Notes: generated from the sequence alone by a model not told the origin. A stretch of DNA of 64,000 nt from Planctomycetota bacterium (GCA_045047305.1 JASFYO010000036.1:1-64000), one strand, 5' to 3'. Positions 10,093 to 20,582 are shown, counted from the stretch's first letter. Numbers and translations are program-made.

Positions 10093-10956
10093 ATGCGCTA
10101 CCTCGATCCGCACATTCACTGTTTTTCCCGCACCACCGACGACTACGAGAACATGTATCTCGCAGGCTGTCGAGCTGTTGTGGAGCCTTCCTTTTGGCTC
10201 GGGCAACCACGCACCACGGCAGGCACCTTCCGCGATTACTTTGACTCCATTCTGGATTTTGAACGCGCACGTGCAGCTGACTTTGGTATTTCGCATCGGG
10301 TGACCATTGGATTGAATCCAAAGGAGTCCAACAACGAACGCCTCGCCGACGAAGTCTTGGAAATGCTCCCAGAATTCATGGGGCGAGAGAGTGTGGTTGG
10401 CGTCGGCGAGCTTGGTTTCGACGACATCACCCCTGCCGAAGAACGCGCATTACGAGCACAAATCGCTATGGCCCAAGAGCATGCGTTGCCAATCTTGGTG
10501 CACACCCCACACCGCGACAAGCACCGCGGCGCCATCTTGTTGATGGATATTTTGGAAGACATGGGTGTGGATCCGAATAACGCCATCATCGACCACAGCA
10601 CCGAGGAAACCACCAAGTCGATTTTGGACCGTGGGTTTTGGGCTGGGCATACGGTGTATCCACAAACCAAGTTGACCCCACCTCGCTTCGCCAACATCTT
10701 TCACGAGTTTGGCATTGAGCGCATGTTGCTCAACACCAGTGCTGACTGGGGAAAATCCGACCCCTTGCTACTACCGAAGACCATCACCCATTTAGAACGC
10801 CGCGGCGCCGACCCGGCCGTATTGCAAAAACTAGTTTGGGATAATCCGATTCAGTTCTTTGGCGCTGAGCGCATGGCACTTCCCGCTGCAGGAGAACCGT
10901 TTGACCCGGTTGCCGCGAATGCAACGCACAGTTCCTTGCGCAAAGACTTCGTCTAG
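10093..10956 (+). CDS. TatD-family metallohydrolase, EboB-like
   Basis: DPHIHCFSRTTDDY, FWLGQPR, GLNPKE, GELGFD, HTPHRDK, SADWGKSDPL. Confidence 0.85.
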   Translation: MRYLDPHIHCFSRTTDDYENMYLAGCRAVVEPSFWLGQPRTTAGTFRDYFDSILDFERARAADFGISHRVTIGLNPKESNNERLADEVLEMLPEFMGRESVVGVGELGFDDITPAEERALRAQIAMAQEHALPILVHTPHRDKHRGAILLMDILEDMGVDPNNAIIDHSTEETTKSILDRGFWAGHTVYPQTKLTPPRFANIFHEFGIERMLLNTSADWGKSDPLLLPKTITHLERRGADPAVLQKLVWDNPIQFFGAERMALPAAGEPFDPVAANATHSSLRKDFV

Positions 10957-10981
10957 GGCACACCCTCTGACTCAAATCCAT

Positions 10982-11014
10982 AGAGCGTCGAAGCTAGGCT
11001 GGCTTCGACGCTCT
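10982..11014 (+). terminator. Putative intrinsic terminator
   Basis: Perfect 13-bp stem AGAGCGTCGAAGC/GCTTCGACGCTCT followed by a T-rich tract. Confidence 0.65.
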
Positions 11015-11049
11015 TCACATTTATTCTCCAATCCTGATATCCTGCATTC

Positions 11050-12717
11050 ATGCATTTTGTACTCATTGCAGCTCTATTTGCCACCGCCGCTCAAGGGGTG
11101 GAGAGCCAAGGTGTTGGCGGAGAGTCAGAAACCCTCCTACAACTTTATGGATTAGCAGCAGACGATTACTTTGGCATTGCGGTCAATGCTGCAGGAGATG
11201 TAAATGGAGATGGATTCCAAGACATGATTGTTGGAGCCTCCTTAGCCAATCCCGGCGGCATCAACGACGCAGGTTCTGCAACTGTATTCTCGGGAGTCGA
11301 TGGATCTGTAATCCATCACTGGGATGGGACAAGCCAAGCAGAATGGTTTGGCGGAGGAGTGGCGGGTGTCGGTGATCTCAATAGCGACGGCTTCGACGAC
11401 CTTCTTATTGCAGCAACCCGAGGTGGGAGCGCTAGCATTTATTCTGGGGCCGATGGCAGCATACTGTTCTCGCTTATCAATCCTGTTGGGCCAGGTGGGT
11501 TTGGGTCAGCTGTAGCATCCACTGGCGACCTCAATCTAGATGGCTATCCCGACATGGTTATCGGTGCGCCTTATGCAGCGCTAAGTGGCTCGGTCCCCCC
11601 CGGCATGGCTTTCGCCTATTCCGGTTTTGACGGCTCCCTTTTGTATCAGTGGGTTGGCCCTTCCCTAGCCAGCAACTTCGGCAATAGTGTCGATAGCGCG
11701 GGGGATGTTAATGGAGACGGGGTCGATGACATCGTGATTGGAGCCAGCCGTGCAGATATTCGCAACCGTGAAGAAACCGGATCGGCTTTTGTGTACTCCG
11801 GCTTAGACGGCACCCTGATTTACAGCTGGAACGGAATCAAACAAAATGATGAATTCGGAACTTCCGTTGCGGGGGTCGGCGATTTAAATCACGACGGTTT
11901 CGATGAAGTTATGGTAGGCGCGCCCAACGCGGAAGGTCCTTTTGCTTACGGAACAGCATATTTATTTTCTGGTGCGACTGGCTTTCTTGCTGGAAAATTT
12001 GAAACCACCAACTCTTACAACACCCATTTAGGCGCTTCCGTTTCTAGCGCTGGAGATCTCAACCAAGATGGAACTCCCGATATTTTGATTGGGGATTACC
12101 TTTATGGAGCCAGTGTCGGCAGGGTTTATGCCTACTCTGGAACCGATGGAACTCTCATCCAATTCTGGGATGGCGATAACTACCAAGGTTTCTTTGGCGC
12201 GCGGATTGCAGCAGTGGGCGATACCAACGGAGATGGTTTGGATGACATTGTTATCAGTGCTTACAAAGCAATGCTTCCTGGAAGCAGTACGCCAAATGGA
12301 TCCGTCCAAGTATTCAGTTTCCATCCATTCCTTAAATCCGACACGCGCATGATTTCTGCATCCCTCGGCGGTCAAGTGAACCTTGATCTTGATTTCCCTT
12401 CTGCAGCTGCAGGCGACACCTACAAAGTTCTGATTTCTGCAACGGGCACAGGCCCGACTACCTTCGGAGTTGAAATTCCATTGACATTAGACTCGTGGGT
12501 GCAATCCTCATTTATAGGGAATTACCCATTCCCGCTTTCTCAAAACCTCCACGGCACCCTCGATGCCCAAGGCGACGGAATAGCTAGCCTTACTCTTCCT
12601 GCCGGCCTGCCAACCGCCATGATTGGCACTCACGCCTATTTTGCAGCGGTCTCAAATGCACAAGGACAACTCCCTTCCAAAAGTTCGGTGGCGGTAAAGC
12701 TTTCCATTGGTCCCTAG
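11050..12717 (+). CDS. Secreted FG-GAP (integrin alpha-like beta-propeller) repeat protein
   Basis: Seven FG..V...GD.NGDG..D..IGA repeats, signal peptide, extra C-terminal domain. Confidence 0.9.
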   Translation: MHFVLIAALFATAAQGVESQGVGGESETLLQLYGLAADDYFGIAVNAAGDVNGDGFQDMIVGASLANPGGINDAGSATVFSGVDGSVIHHWDGTSQAEWFGGGVAGVGDLNSDGFDDLLIAATRGGSASIYSGADGSILFSLINPVGPGGFGSAVASTGDLNLDGYPDMVIGAPYAALSGSVPPGMAFAYSGFDGSLLYQWVGPSLASNFGNSVDSAGDVNGDGVDDIVIGASRADIRNREETGSAFVYSGLDGTLIYSWNGIKQNDEFGTSVAGVGDLNHDGFDEVMVGAPNAEGPFAYGTAYLFSGATGFLAGKFETTNSYNTHLGASVSSAGDLNQDGTPDILIGDYLYGASVGRVYAYSGTDGTLIQFWDGDNYQGFFGARIAAVGDTNGDGLDDIVISAYKAMLPGSSTPNGSVQVFSFHPFLKSDTRMISASLGGQVNLDLDFPSAAAGDTYKVLISATGTGPTTFGVEIPLTLDSWVQSSFIGNYPFPLSQNLHGTLDAQGDGIASLTLPAGLPTAMIGTHAYFAAVSNAQGQLPSKSSVAVKLSIGP

Positions 12718-12759
12718 CGGCTAAATTTTTTCCGAATTTCTGTTAACCGCCCCCCGTCG

Positions 12760-12860
12760 ACCTCTAACAAGAGGTGAGAGAACATTGATTTCGCCTTGGG
12801 CAACTGAGGGATGAATGGGAGAGCGCCGAGGCCTGGGGGGGCCGCGGCGCTCATTTTTTT
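12760..12860 (+). ncRNA. Candidate structured small RNA or 3' UTR element
   Basis: Three consecutive hairpins (one with a GCAA tetraloop) ending in a terminator; no family recognised. Confidence 0.3.
12821..12860 (+). terminator. Rho-independent terminator
   Basis: GAGCGCCG-A-GGCC-loop-GGCC-G-CGGCGCTC followed by A and T7. Confidence 0.8.
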
Positions 12861-12900
12861 GCGCCCGACGTTCTGCGCCAGCCCAGAGCCCAGGGCAGGA

Positions 12901-13929
12901 CTAGCCGCCGCGGGTATGCATTTCCAAACGCGGATCGGCGAGTAAATCATCGAGATTCACGGCTGGGCCACGCGCCGGATCCGCCAAGCGCTCCTCTGCT
13001 CCACGGTCTTTGCGTGCTTGCCACAGCGACCGCAACCTTTGCTGGAGTTCGCCATCGTCGATGCCGTGACGCAACAAATCGCGGAGTTGAAAGCCTTGGT
13101 TAGCATAAAGACAGGAATACCAAGTTCCGTCGGCGGCAATCCGACTGCGATCGCAATCTCCACAAAACGGCGTAGTGGTCGAGGCGATGATGCCGAACTC
13201 CAAACCCGTTGGCAAACGATAAATCCGAGCAGGTGCGGAAGCGTCAACCGGCTCCAGCTCCTCCACTTCGCCAAAGTGATCGCTGACCAGTTTCAAAATA
13301 GACGCGCGGTCAAACACCATCGAGGGTGACCATTGTGTCGCACCACCGACGTCCATGTACTCGATGAAACGTAACTTGAGATCCTTTTCTGCGGCGAAGG
13401 CTAGGAGGTCGATGATTTCATCGTCGTTTTGCCCACGCATCAACACGGTATCAATCTTGGTGCCGCGGAAGCCGGCTGCCGCAGCGGCCTCGATACCTTC
13501 TAGCACTTGGGCCAAGGCATTGCGTCGAGTGAGTTGCTCAAAGCGTTCTGGCTTGAGCGTATCAAGACTGATGTTCAGCCTTTGCAAACCGGCAGCACGT
13601 AACTCCTCGGCGTGTTGCGCCAATAGAAAAGCATTGGTGGTCATTGCCAAATCCTGAAGATTTGGAATGGCCGCAATCTGACGAATCAAAACCGGTAAAT
13701 CGCGGCGCAACAAAGGCTCTCCACCTGTGATGCGTACCCGACGCACACCTACCGTCACCATGGCTTGCGCAAGCCGAGTTAACTCATCGAAACTGAGGAT
13801 GTCCTCGCGCGGTAACCAGGTGTACTCCTCTTCCGGCATGCAGTAGCTGCAGCGGAAATTGCACCGTTCGGTCACCGAGAGTCTTAAGCTCCGCAGCGGC
13901 CGACCGTATTGGTCGGAAAGCGTTACCAC
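12901..13929 (-). CDS. moaA: GTP 3',8-cyclase MoaA
   Basis: CNFRCSYC radical-SAM motif, TGGEPLLR, FCGDCDR...C, C-terminal GG. Confidence 0.95.
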   Translation of the reverse strand: MVTLSDQYGRPLRSLRLSVTERCNFRCSYCMPEEEYTWLPREDILSFDELTRLAQAMVTVGVRRVRITGGEPLLRRDLPVLIRQIAAIPNLQDLAMTTNAFLLAQHAEELRAAGLQRLNISLDTLKPERFEQLTRRNALAQVLEGIEAAAAAGFRGTKIDTVLMRGQNDDEIIDLLAFAAEKDLKLRFIEYMDVGGATQWSPSMVFDRASILKLVSDHFGEVEELEPVDASAPARIYRLPTGLEFGIIASTTTPFCGDCDRSRIAADGTWYSCLYANQGFQLRDLLRHGIDDGELQQRLRSLWQARKDRGAEERLADPARGPAVNLDDLLADPRLEMHTRGG

Positions 13930-13991
13930 AGATTAGATTTTAATCGCTTTCCTTGCTCCACAACGAACTAGGAACAGAACATTCCGCGCAC

Positions 13992-16538
13992 CTATTTCAT
14001 CGGTCTGGCAAGCACCTTGGACACCATCTCTAAATCCACACTCACCATCACAGGCGTTTCCCGCGAAGACTCCCCTATTTCCAAATAAGGGTTGTTTATG
14101 GTCCTGATCTTCCCCAGGCTCATGCCCTCCTTGTAGAGCCAAAGCAAGCACCGAAAGGGGCCGGTGGACGGAAGTTTCACCATCGCCACACCCTTGGCAT
14201 CAAAGTCGGTCGCGCCTGCACGGCTACCCCATTGCCTTGACTCCATTCTGGCCTTCACCGTAACCCCTGGCGGCAGACTTGGCGGCGGATCTAATTGCAG
14301 CCAAACTTCTATGCCTTCTTCGAGCACGATCTCCTGCACTCCTCCCTGCAACCGAACTTCCTGCGAGGTCATGCCTGGCGCAAGCACCAACGCTGGGAAG
14401 TCGCCGCCTGGAAGGAACAAGTCTGCGTCACCAAGTGAATTACAAAACCCACGCATTTGATTTTTGCGTTCTTCGTGACCTTGAATACGCGCATAAGGGA
14501 TTGCCTCCCCCAACGTATTCTTCACTCGAACTTTGGCCAGAACGACCTTGCCACGCATGTCAATTTCCGCCAAACGCGCATCCGTGGCACCAGAGTTCCA
14601 TACAGGCAAAACGAAATCGAAGGATGCAAACACCGTCGCTTGTTTTTCGTGGATCAAATCCAAACGCCCTGCGCTTACGACCAGGCCCTCCGCGTGAAAG
14701 GTACCGTCGTCATCAAGGCCTAGAATGCGAGGGTCGCTGGTCGATCCATCTGCGAGAAACCTCATCGCGAAAACATTGGCTGGAATAGCAGGGTCGAAGA
14801 GAACGCGCCCGACGAGCTGCCCGCCCTTTTGCAGTACGATTTCGGTTTGGTAACTCCCTGCAAGAAGGGTCTCATGGTAGGGCAGGAAACCCTCTGCTGA
14901 AATTTCGAGTTCAAATTCAGGACCATGTGCATTGCCAAAGAGAACGAAGCTTCCGTCCTTCTTGGAAAAAGCGAAGTCGAAACTGTCGTACTGTTCATAA
15001 TGACTGGAGGCAAAGAGCATCAACCCCTGCTGAGGTTCTCCTGCCTCATTCACAACTCGCCCTGAAATTAGAAGTTGGCTCGAATCTAAGCGCAGGCGAC
15101 CAAGGTCCTTCACCCCTGGCAGAAGCGCACCAAGTGCAAGACTCCCCCTCATGGGCTTCCCATCAAAAGACGGCGCGGTTTGCAGGTCGAGGACGGTGGT
15201 GGCATCAAACCAAGAACTGTAACTAGCTGCATCGATTTCGATGCGGACGACACCGTCTGCATCTGTGGGATAAAGGGCATCACCGGAGTGATGACTATTT
15301 CCTGTTTGATAACCAGCCAGTAGATCTTGATTCCTGATGGGTTCTCTACTTTCATCCAAAACCTGCACTTGAACTACACGGTCAGGGTCAGCAGCTTCCA
15401 TCTGCAAGAGAACTTCTTCATCCGCCACCCTGGGGCCCCAGCCAAAGCCAAAGCGCTGTTCACGGCCTCGCTCTGTCCGTACCGAAACCACCAAACGCAT
15501 ATCTAAACCGACAAATGGGTAGACACTGCGGCCATCGCTCATGGTGTTTGCAAACACTCCTTTCTCTGCGTTATTCCATTTGCGGGCATCACGATGCCAA
15601 CCAGTTCCAGGGTTTGCATCCCAAGCCATTTGTACCGAAAGCCCTGGCTGCTTAGCTTCCACATCATCGACCACGACCACTTGCCCCATGGCTGGCAATG
15701 TCAAAGTCATGGTCTCGTTTCCGCTTGGAATTCCAGCGAGCACAGGATGCTGCAGCAAAACCAACGGATGAACACGCAGCCGTGAAGCCGGACGTGTGGA
15801 AGCCCAGTGAGATAGGTGTGGAATATGCGCGATACCTTCCTGGTTGGATAGAACACGAGAATCCAAAATGGGGAAAACTCTTTCTTCCAGAACCGAAGCC
15901 AAACACACTGGCATACCTACGATCGGTCGGTGGAAGGCATCCACGACTTTCACCTGAAGGCTCTGATCTTGCCACATCTTCAACACCCGCATTTGACTTG
16001 GAAACTGAAAAGAGTACCCAAAAAGTTCTCCCTTTCTAGCGACAAAGACCTGATTGTCCCCTATCTCTGGCACCTCGACGTGTCCGTGCACATCACTGAA
16101 ATACTCTTCCGAATATTCCGCCGCAAGGACTTCTGGATCGGTTTCATTTTTGGAAACATCCCACATGCTTCGCTCTCGCCTTTCGAGATTTCTTTGGTAT
16201 GTCCAGACCGAGGCATGGGCAATCGGTTCTCCAGTTTCACCAGAGATTAAGCGCACAAGAAGCTTCGGTTGGGATACTGCAACTTCCTCAGGAACTCCCG
16301 CAGCAGGAATCTCTGGACCACCAAGCTCCAAGCGCTCACGAGAAACTTCCTCCGTGTCAGCCTGATTGGGCAGTTCCAGCTCTGCTGCATGGAGTGGCAT
16401 GGTGGGCTCGTTTAAGTCAGCTGACTCCTCCTCGCTGAATGAGAGTGCACAAGTCCAATAAAAAAGCCCTCCGATGACGAAGATAAAAACAAGCAATAGG
16501 GAGTGTCGCATGGGCTTATGGGCAACCACCTCAGCCAT
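13992..16538 (-). CDS. Membrane-anchored carboxypeptidase-regulatory-like (beta-sandwich repeat) protein
   Basis: N-terminal TM, ETGEPIAHA, TDADG, GRVVNEAGEP, IDMRG; start may be the second Met. Confidence 0.7.
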   Translation of the reverse strand: MAEVVAHKPMRHSLLLVFIFVIGGLFYWTCALSFSEEESADLNEPTMPLHAAELELPNQADTEEVSRERLELGGPEIPAAGVPEEVAVSQPKLLVRLISGETGEPIAHASVWTYQRNLERRERSMWDVSKNETDPEVLAAEYSEEYFSDVHGHVEVPEIGDNQVFVARKGELFGYSFQFPSQMRVLKMWQDQSLQVKVVDAFHRPIVGMPVCLASVLEERVFPILDSRVLSNQEGIAHIPHLSHWASTRPASRLRVHPLVLLQHPVLAGIPSGNETMTLTLPAMGQVVVVDDVEAKQPGLSVQMAWDANPGTGWHRDARKWNNAEKGVFANTMSDGRSVYPFVGLDMRLVVSVRTERGREQRFGFGWGPRVADEEVLLQMEAADPDRVVQVQVLDESREPIRNQDLLAGYQTGNSHHSGDALYPTDADGVVRIEIDAASYSSWFDATTVLDLQTAPSFDGKPMRGSLALGALLPGVKDLGRLRLDSSQLLISGRVVNEAGEPQQGLMLFASSHYEQYDSFDFAFSKKDGSFVLFGNAHGPEFELEISAEGFLPYHETLLAGSYQTEIVLQKGGQLVGRVLFDPAIPANVFAMRFLADGSTSDPRILGLDDDGTFHAEGLVVSAGRLDLIHEKQATVFASFDFVLPVWNSGATDARLAEIDMRGKVVLAKVRVKNTLGEAIPYARIQGHEERKNQMRGFCNSLGDADLFLPGGDFPALVLAPGMTSQEVRLQGGVQEIVLEEGIEVWLQLDPPPSLPPGVTVKARMESRQWGSRAGATDFDAKGVAMVKLPSTGPFRCLLWLYKEGMSLGKIRTINNPYLEIGESSRETPVMVSVDLEMVSKVLARPMK

Positions 16539-16574
16539 CGGACTCAGGTGGTTTTTATAGTAACGGGCTATCGC

Positions 16575-17624
16575 TTAGACGTCGAGAACGCCAAGAGTCA
16601 CTCGAATCGTGCGGATGGAGCGCTTGCTCAAAATCTTCACTTTCACCGAGCTCCCTGGTGAAACCGCAGCGATCCGCGCTTTCACTTGATTGGCGGTTTG
16701 AATCTCACGACCATCGATTTCGAGGATGACGTCGCCCTGACGAATACCAGCCTTATGCGCAGGTCCGTTTTTAACCACAGACCAGACCTCGACACCATAA
16801 GTATGCTCCAAACCTCTAAGTTTGGCACCTTGCGCGTCAAGGCCCTTCACACTGACACCAATCCAACCACGACGAATCGTTCCAGTCTCGGCAAGGTCAT
16901 GGACGTAGCGTTTCGCAATCGCGGTTGGGATGGCATAACCAATGCCGCGCCACATAGGTTCCCCACCACCGCCCCCACCACCAATGGCGGTGTTGATTCC
17001 AATCACTTCGCCGTTCATGTTCACCAAGGGGCCGCCGGAGGAACCGCGATCAATAAAGGCATCGAACTGAAGGAAGTCCTCATAAGAGCCTTTCACCATC
17101 TTCAATTGTCGACCGAGAGCACTAATCACCCCCAAACTCGTGGTGCCCTCCATGCCGAGCGGACTACCAATGGCCATGACGAGGTGGCCTGGACGAATCA
17201 AATCGCTATCGCCCCATGCGAGTTGGTGCTTGGCCGAACCCGGCGGAATATCGAGCACAGCCAAATCGGTTTGTTTATCGACGCCCAAAAGAACACCACG
17301 AACAATGCGGCCATCGTGAAACTGCACCGTGGCGGAGGTGCTGCCATCCATCACGTGGGCATTGGTGACCACGATGCCTTTGATTGCGTCGACCACGAAG
17401 CCGGTGCCGAGGCCACGCCCCATCTCACCCCCAGAATTTCTGGCCACACTTAAATAGACCGTGCCGCTAGAAACCTTTGCAGCTAGATCTGCGCTCTGCT
17501 CCGAAAACTCCAACAAGGTCATAGCCTTGTCTGGCGTCTCGGATTGAGCGCTACGGCTCCAAAGCACGACAAAAGAGCTCACCAAAATGGCGGTCCACAA
17601 GATTTTCTTACTTTTTATGTTCAT
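16575..17624 (-). CDS. HtrA/DegS-like trypsin serine protease with one PDZ domain
   Basis: TNAHV, DLAVL, GSSGGPL triad motifs; RGWIGV and GPAHKAGIRQGDVI PDZ. Confidence 0.9.
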   Translation of the reverse strand: MNIKSKKILWTAILVSSFVVLWSRSAQSETPDKAMTLLEFSEQSADLAAKVSSGTVYLSVARNSGGEMGRGLGTGFVVDAIKGIVVTNAHVMDGSTSATVQFHDGRIVRGVLLGVDKQTDLAVLDIPPGSAKHQLAWGDSDLIRPGHLVMAIGSPLGMEGTTSLGVISALGRQLKMVKGSYEDFLQFDAFIDRGSSGGPLVNMNGEVIGINTAIGGGGGGGEPMWRGIGYAIPTAIAKRYVHDLAETGTIRRGWIGVSVKGLDAQGAKLRGLEHTYGVEVWSVVKNGPAHKAGIRQGDVILEIDGREIQTANQVKARIAAVSPGSSVKVKILSKRSIRTIRVTLGVLDV

Positions 17625-17663
17625 GGGTGTGCTTTCTCTTACGCTGGAACCGAGTATTCGCTA

Positions 17664-20582
17664 ATGAAATCCTGGCCCTTAATCCTCGTTGTTCTCCTGC
17701 TCGGCGTATGCGCTTGGATTGTCCTTGCGCCAACGGAGCAGACCTCTATCGACACATCTTCTGGGTTCACCGAAGAGGTGAGCCCTGCTTCTACCTTAAG
17801 CGATGCTGTGGCCAGTTCCAGTAGGGATTTCAATGCTGCCGATGCTCTCGCTCGCACCGAAGTCACCTCTGGTCCAGCAGAAGCTTCACTCAATCCTTCT
17901 GCGGAGAACACACTCCCCTTCACGCGAGCCGCGGGCTCCTTGAAGCTGAAGCTCGTAGATGGCGATGGCAAAGGCATCCAAGACGCCAAAGTTCGCATCC
18001 ACTTAGGTGGATCCGGCCCAGGCATCGACGTCAAGGAATGGCAGAACCACAATCTTTTGGCAACTGGACTCGATGGCATCCTGCAAGTGGATGTGCCTTC
18101 CCATGTGGATCTGATGCTGAACATTGAAGGCTCCCAGTGGCATGAAGTGAGTCGACAAATCCAAGCAATTGCTGTTGGAGAAGAAGTGGATCTCGGTGAA
18201 ATCGCCCTCGCTCCAGCCAACCATCTTTATGGCCAAGTGAAAGGCCCTGAAGGCCAAGCCATCGCCCATGCTTTCATCACCTTGCAAGAAGCAAATGGCT
18301 CCATGTGGGGCAACTTTGGGCAAAAGCAAACCAGGTCCGATGAGAGCGGTCATTACTCGCTCGATGGCGTGCGCCGTGGACGTTATGAATTCGAAGTGAA
18401 GGCACAAGGATTTGCGCCGATGAAGTTAGATGCTCAAGAGGTGGATCAAAGCAAAGGCGAGTTCGAATTGGATTTGGAACTCACCTATGGTGACAGCACG
18501 CGCGGCCAAGTCGTAGATGAAGAGGGCACCCCGATCCCCAATGCTCATGTTTATCTCGTCGCAGTTGATGCAAACAATTATTGGCGAGAGAATCACCCTG
18601 CCTTACCAAAAGAAGACTCACAAATCCTCTCTGATGCAGATGGCCGCTTTTCCATTCAAGGATTAAGCGACGACACCTCCTTGCACATAGGGGCACGCGC
18701 TGAAGGTTATGGCGTTGGCTTTGCCGATGAGGTGAAAGCAAATGGCGATGCCTTGGTACGCTTGACACAACATTTTGCACTCCGCGGCACCGTGGTTGAT
18801 AAGCAAGGGAATCCGGTGGAGCATGCCTCCATCAGCTTGGTGCCCTCGGACCCTGGAGAAGATGACAACCGCAACATTTCCACCCAATCCAAGGAAGACG
18901 GAAGCTTCGAATTGAAGCCGCAAGCGCCTGGTTCCTGGAATTTAAGCCTGACTTCCGCATTGGGCAATATCGAGCAGCAAACGGTGCAATTGGGGCCAGA
19001 CACCGAAGCTCTTGCTCTCATACTTCCGCTGCAAAATCCGCTCAACATCCGAGTGGTGGATAGCGCAGGTAAAGCTCTTGCTGGTGTCAAAGTTTGGCTG
19101 AAGAAACCGGAAAACCAAAAAAACTTAGAGTCAGCGTTAACATCCCTTGGATATAGCGGTAGCGTGAGTTTCAGCTTCAAACTGAGTGGGCAGTTCGACA
19201 ATCACTCGACCACTCAAACCGATGAAAACGGCGTTGCCCATTTCGCCGATCTCCCACCAGAAAAGTACAAGCTCCGATTAAATCTATTGGGCTATGCTCA
19301 ATTGGAAAAAGACTTCGACGTCACCGGTGTCGCCCAGGAAGATGAGTTCACCTTAGAGAGCAGTGCTTTCTTACGTGTACGTTTGGTGAACAGCAATGGG
19401 GAATCGGTTAGCAATGTTCAAGTTGGATTACGCACCACAGAAACGGGTGACGATTTAGAGCAGAAAAGAACCGACGATGCCGGCCGGGCAGTTTGGAATA
19501 ATCTGGAGGAAGGCGATTACCAAGTCTCCTATCGTGCCAACGATGCCGACGGCTGGTGGTGGGATCAAGATGAGGATGGAGACCGTAGTCCTGACCAAGC
19601 CGTGGTGTCGGTCAAAGCCGGCGAGACCAAAGACTTTGAGCTCATCATCAACGACCTCGCCTTGCTCACGGTACGCGTGACTCGTCATGGCATTCCGGCC
19701 TCCGATGTCAAAGTGCAACTGCAAGAGGTTAAGAAAAACAATCGTCGTCGGTTTGGCAACAATGACGATCATGGACGCCCGACCGATGGACGCGGCAGCA
19801 TCATTTTGCCGGCAGTCAAAGCAGGCAAATATGACATTGTGATTAAGGGGCGAAAATCCTCACCAGCCACTAAAGAGCGCGTGGAACTTTATGTTGGGCC
19901 ACAAACCATAGAAGTGGAGTTAGATGGCAGTGAGGTGCGTGGGTCCCTGATGGGAACGGCTGGACCTTTGGTGGGCGCCACAGTGGCCCTGGTGCCCTAC
20001 GTCGACCCCAATGCCAGCGGCAAAAACCGCCGTCGCAACAGTATCAGCATCATTTCCTACAGTATAACTGGGGAGAATCCGGTGATTAAGTTTGGCAAAA
20101 GTGGCGAGCAAGACACCAATACCCGGTCCAGCAGCCAAGGTAGCTACGTCTTCCTCGATGTTCCGGATGGGCAATGGACCATCATCGCCCGTGCTGATGG
20201 CTATGGCACCTGGACTTCGCAGCCGATTGCGGTGCAGGGTGGACAAAGCGTAGACCTCGGCTCCTACCGCCTTTTCCCAGGAGGGATCATCACCGGCCAC
20301 GACTACAATTGGACCCCTCCTTCCCAAGAAGAAGAGGAAGAGCGGTTCTGGGGCTGGGGAAGCTCGCTGCGTCTGGAGGATGGCAAAGGCGAGATGCTTT
20401 CCATGGCCAACCTAGATGAACGAGGCGATTTCTCCTTCCAGGACCTTCCGGAGGGGATTTATGTACTAATTGCCGACCAATTCACCTCCGAAAAAATCCA
20501 TATCTCCGCCGGCGAAAGAGTTTCACATGACATTCCGCTGGAGCAACCGAAAGAAGATGAAAAGCCAAAACAGGAACAATAG
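17664..20582 (+). CDS. Large membrane-anchored carboxypeptidase-regulatory-like repeat protein
   Basis: MKSWPLILVVLL anchor; many G.V.D..G.P / T(D)..G repeats; start moved to avoid overlap with htrA. Confidence 0.75.
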   Translation: MKSWPLILVVLLLGVCAWIVLAPTEQTSIDTSSGFTEEVSPASTLSDAVASSSRDFNAADALARTEVTSGPAEASLNPSAENTLPFTRAAGSLKLKLVDGDGKGIQDAKVRIHLGGSGPGIDVKEWQNHNLLATGLDGILQVDVPSHVDLMLNIEGSQWHEVSRQIQAIAVGEEVDLGEIALAPANHLYGQVKGPEGQAIAHAFITLQEANGSMWGNFGQKQTRSDESGHYSLDGVRRGRYEFEVKAQGFAPMKLDAQEVDQSKGEFELDLELTYGDSTRGQVVDEEGTPIPNAHVYLVAVDANNYWRENHPALPKEDSQILSDADGRFSIQGLSDDTSLHIGARAEGYGVGFADEVKANGDALVRLTQHFALRGTVVDKQGNPVEHASISLVPSDPGEDDNRNISTQSKEDGSFELKPQAPGSWNLSLTSALGNIEQQTVQLGPDTEALALILPLQNPLNIRVVDSAGKALAGVKVWLKKPENQKNLESALTSLGYSGSVSFSFKLSGQFDNHSTTQTDENGVAHFADLPPEKYKLRLNLLGYAQLEKDFDVTGVAQEDEFTLESSAFLRVRLVNSNGESVSNVQVGLRTTETGDDLEQKRTDDAGRAVWNNLEEGDYQVSYRANDADGWWWDQDEDGDRSPDQAVVSVKAGETKDFELIINDLALLTVRVTRHGIPASDVKVQLQEVKKNNRRRFGNNDDHGRPTDGRGSIILPAVKAGKYDIVIKGRKSSPATKERVELYVGPQTIEVELDGSEVRGSLMGTAGPLVGATVALVPYVDPNASGKNRRRNSISIISYSITGENPVIKFGKSGEQDTNTRSSSQGSYVFLDVPDGQWTIIARADGYGTWTSQPIAVQGGQSVDLGSYRLFPGGIITGHDYNWTPPSQEEEEERFWGWGSSLRLEDGKGEMLSMANLDERGDFSFQDLPEGIYVLIADQFTSEKIHISAGERVSHDIPLEQPKEDEKPKQEQ

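Noticed and set aside
11140..12260. Recurring GAT..AAT.GA.GG DNA motifs
   Set aside because: Explained by FG-GAP protein repeats
13930..13991. Possible Moco riboswitch upstream of moaA
   Set aside because: Only 62 nt, and a -10 box sits 7 nt from the start, implying no leader
16686..17453. 255-aa + strand ORF
   Set aside because: Antisense shadow of htrA
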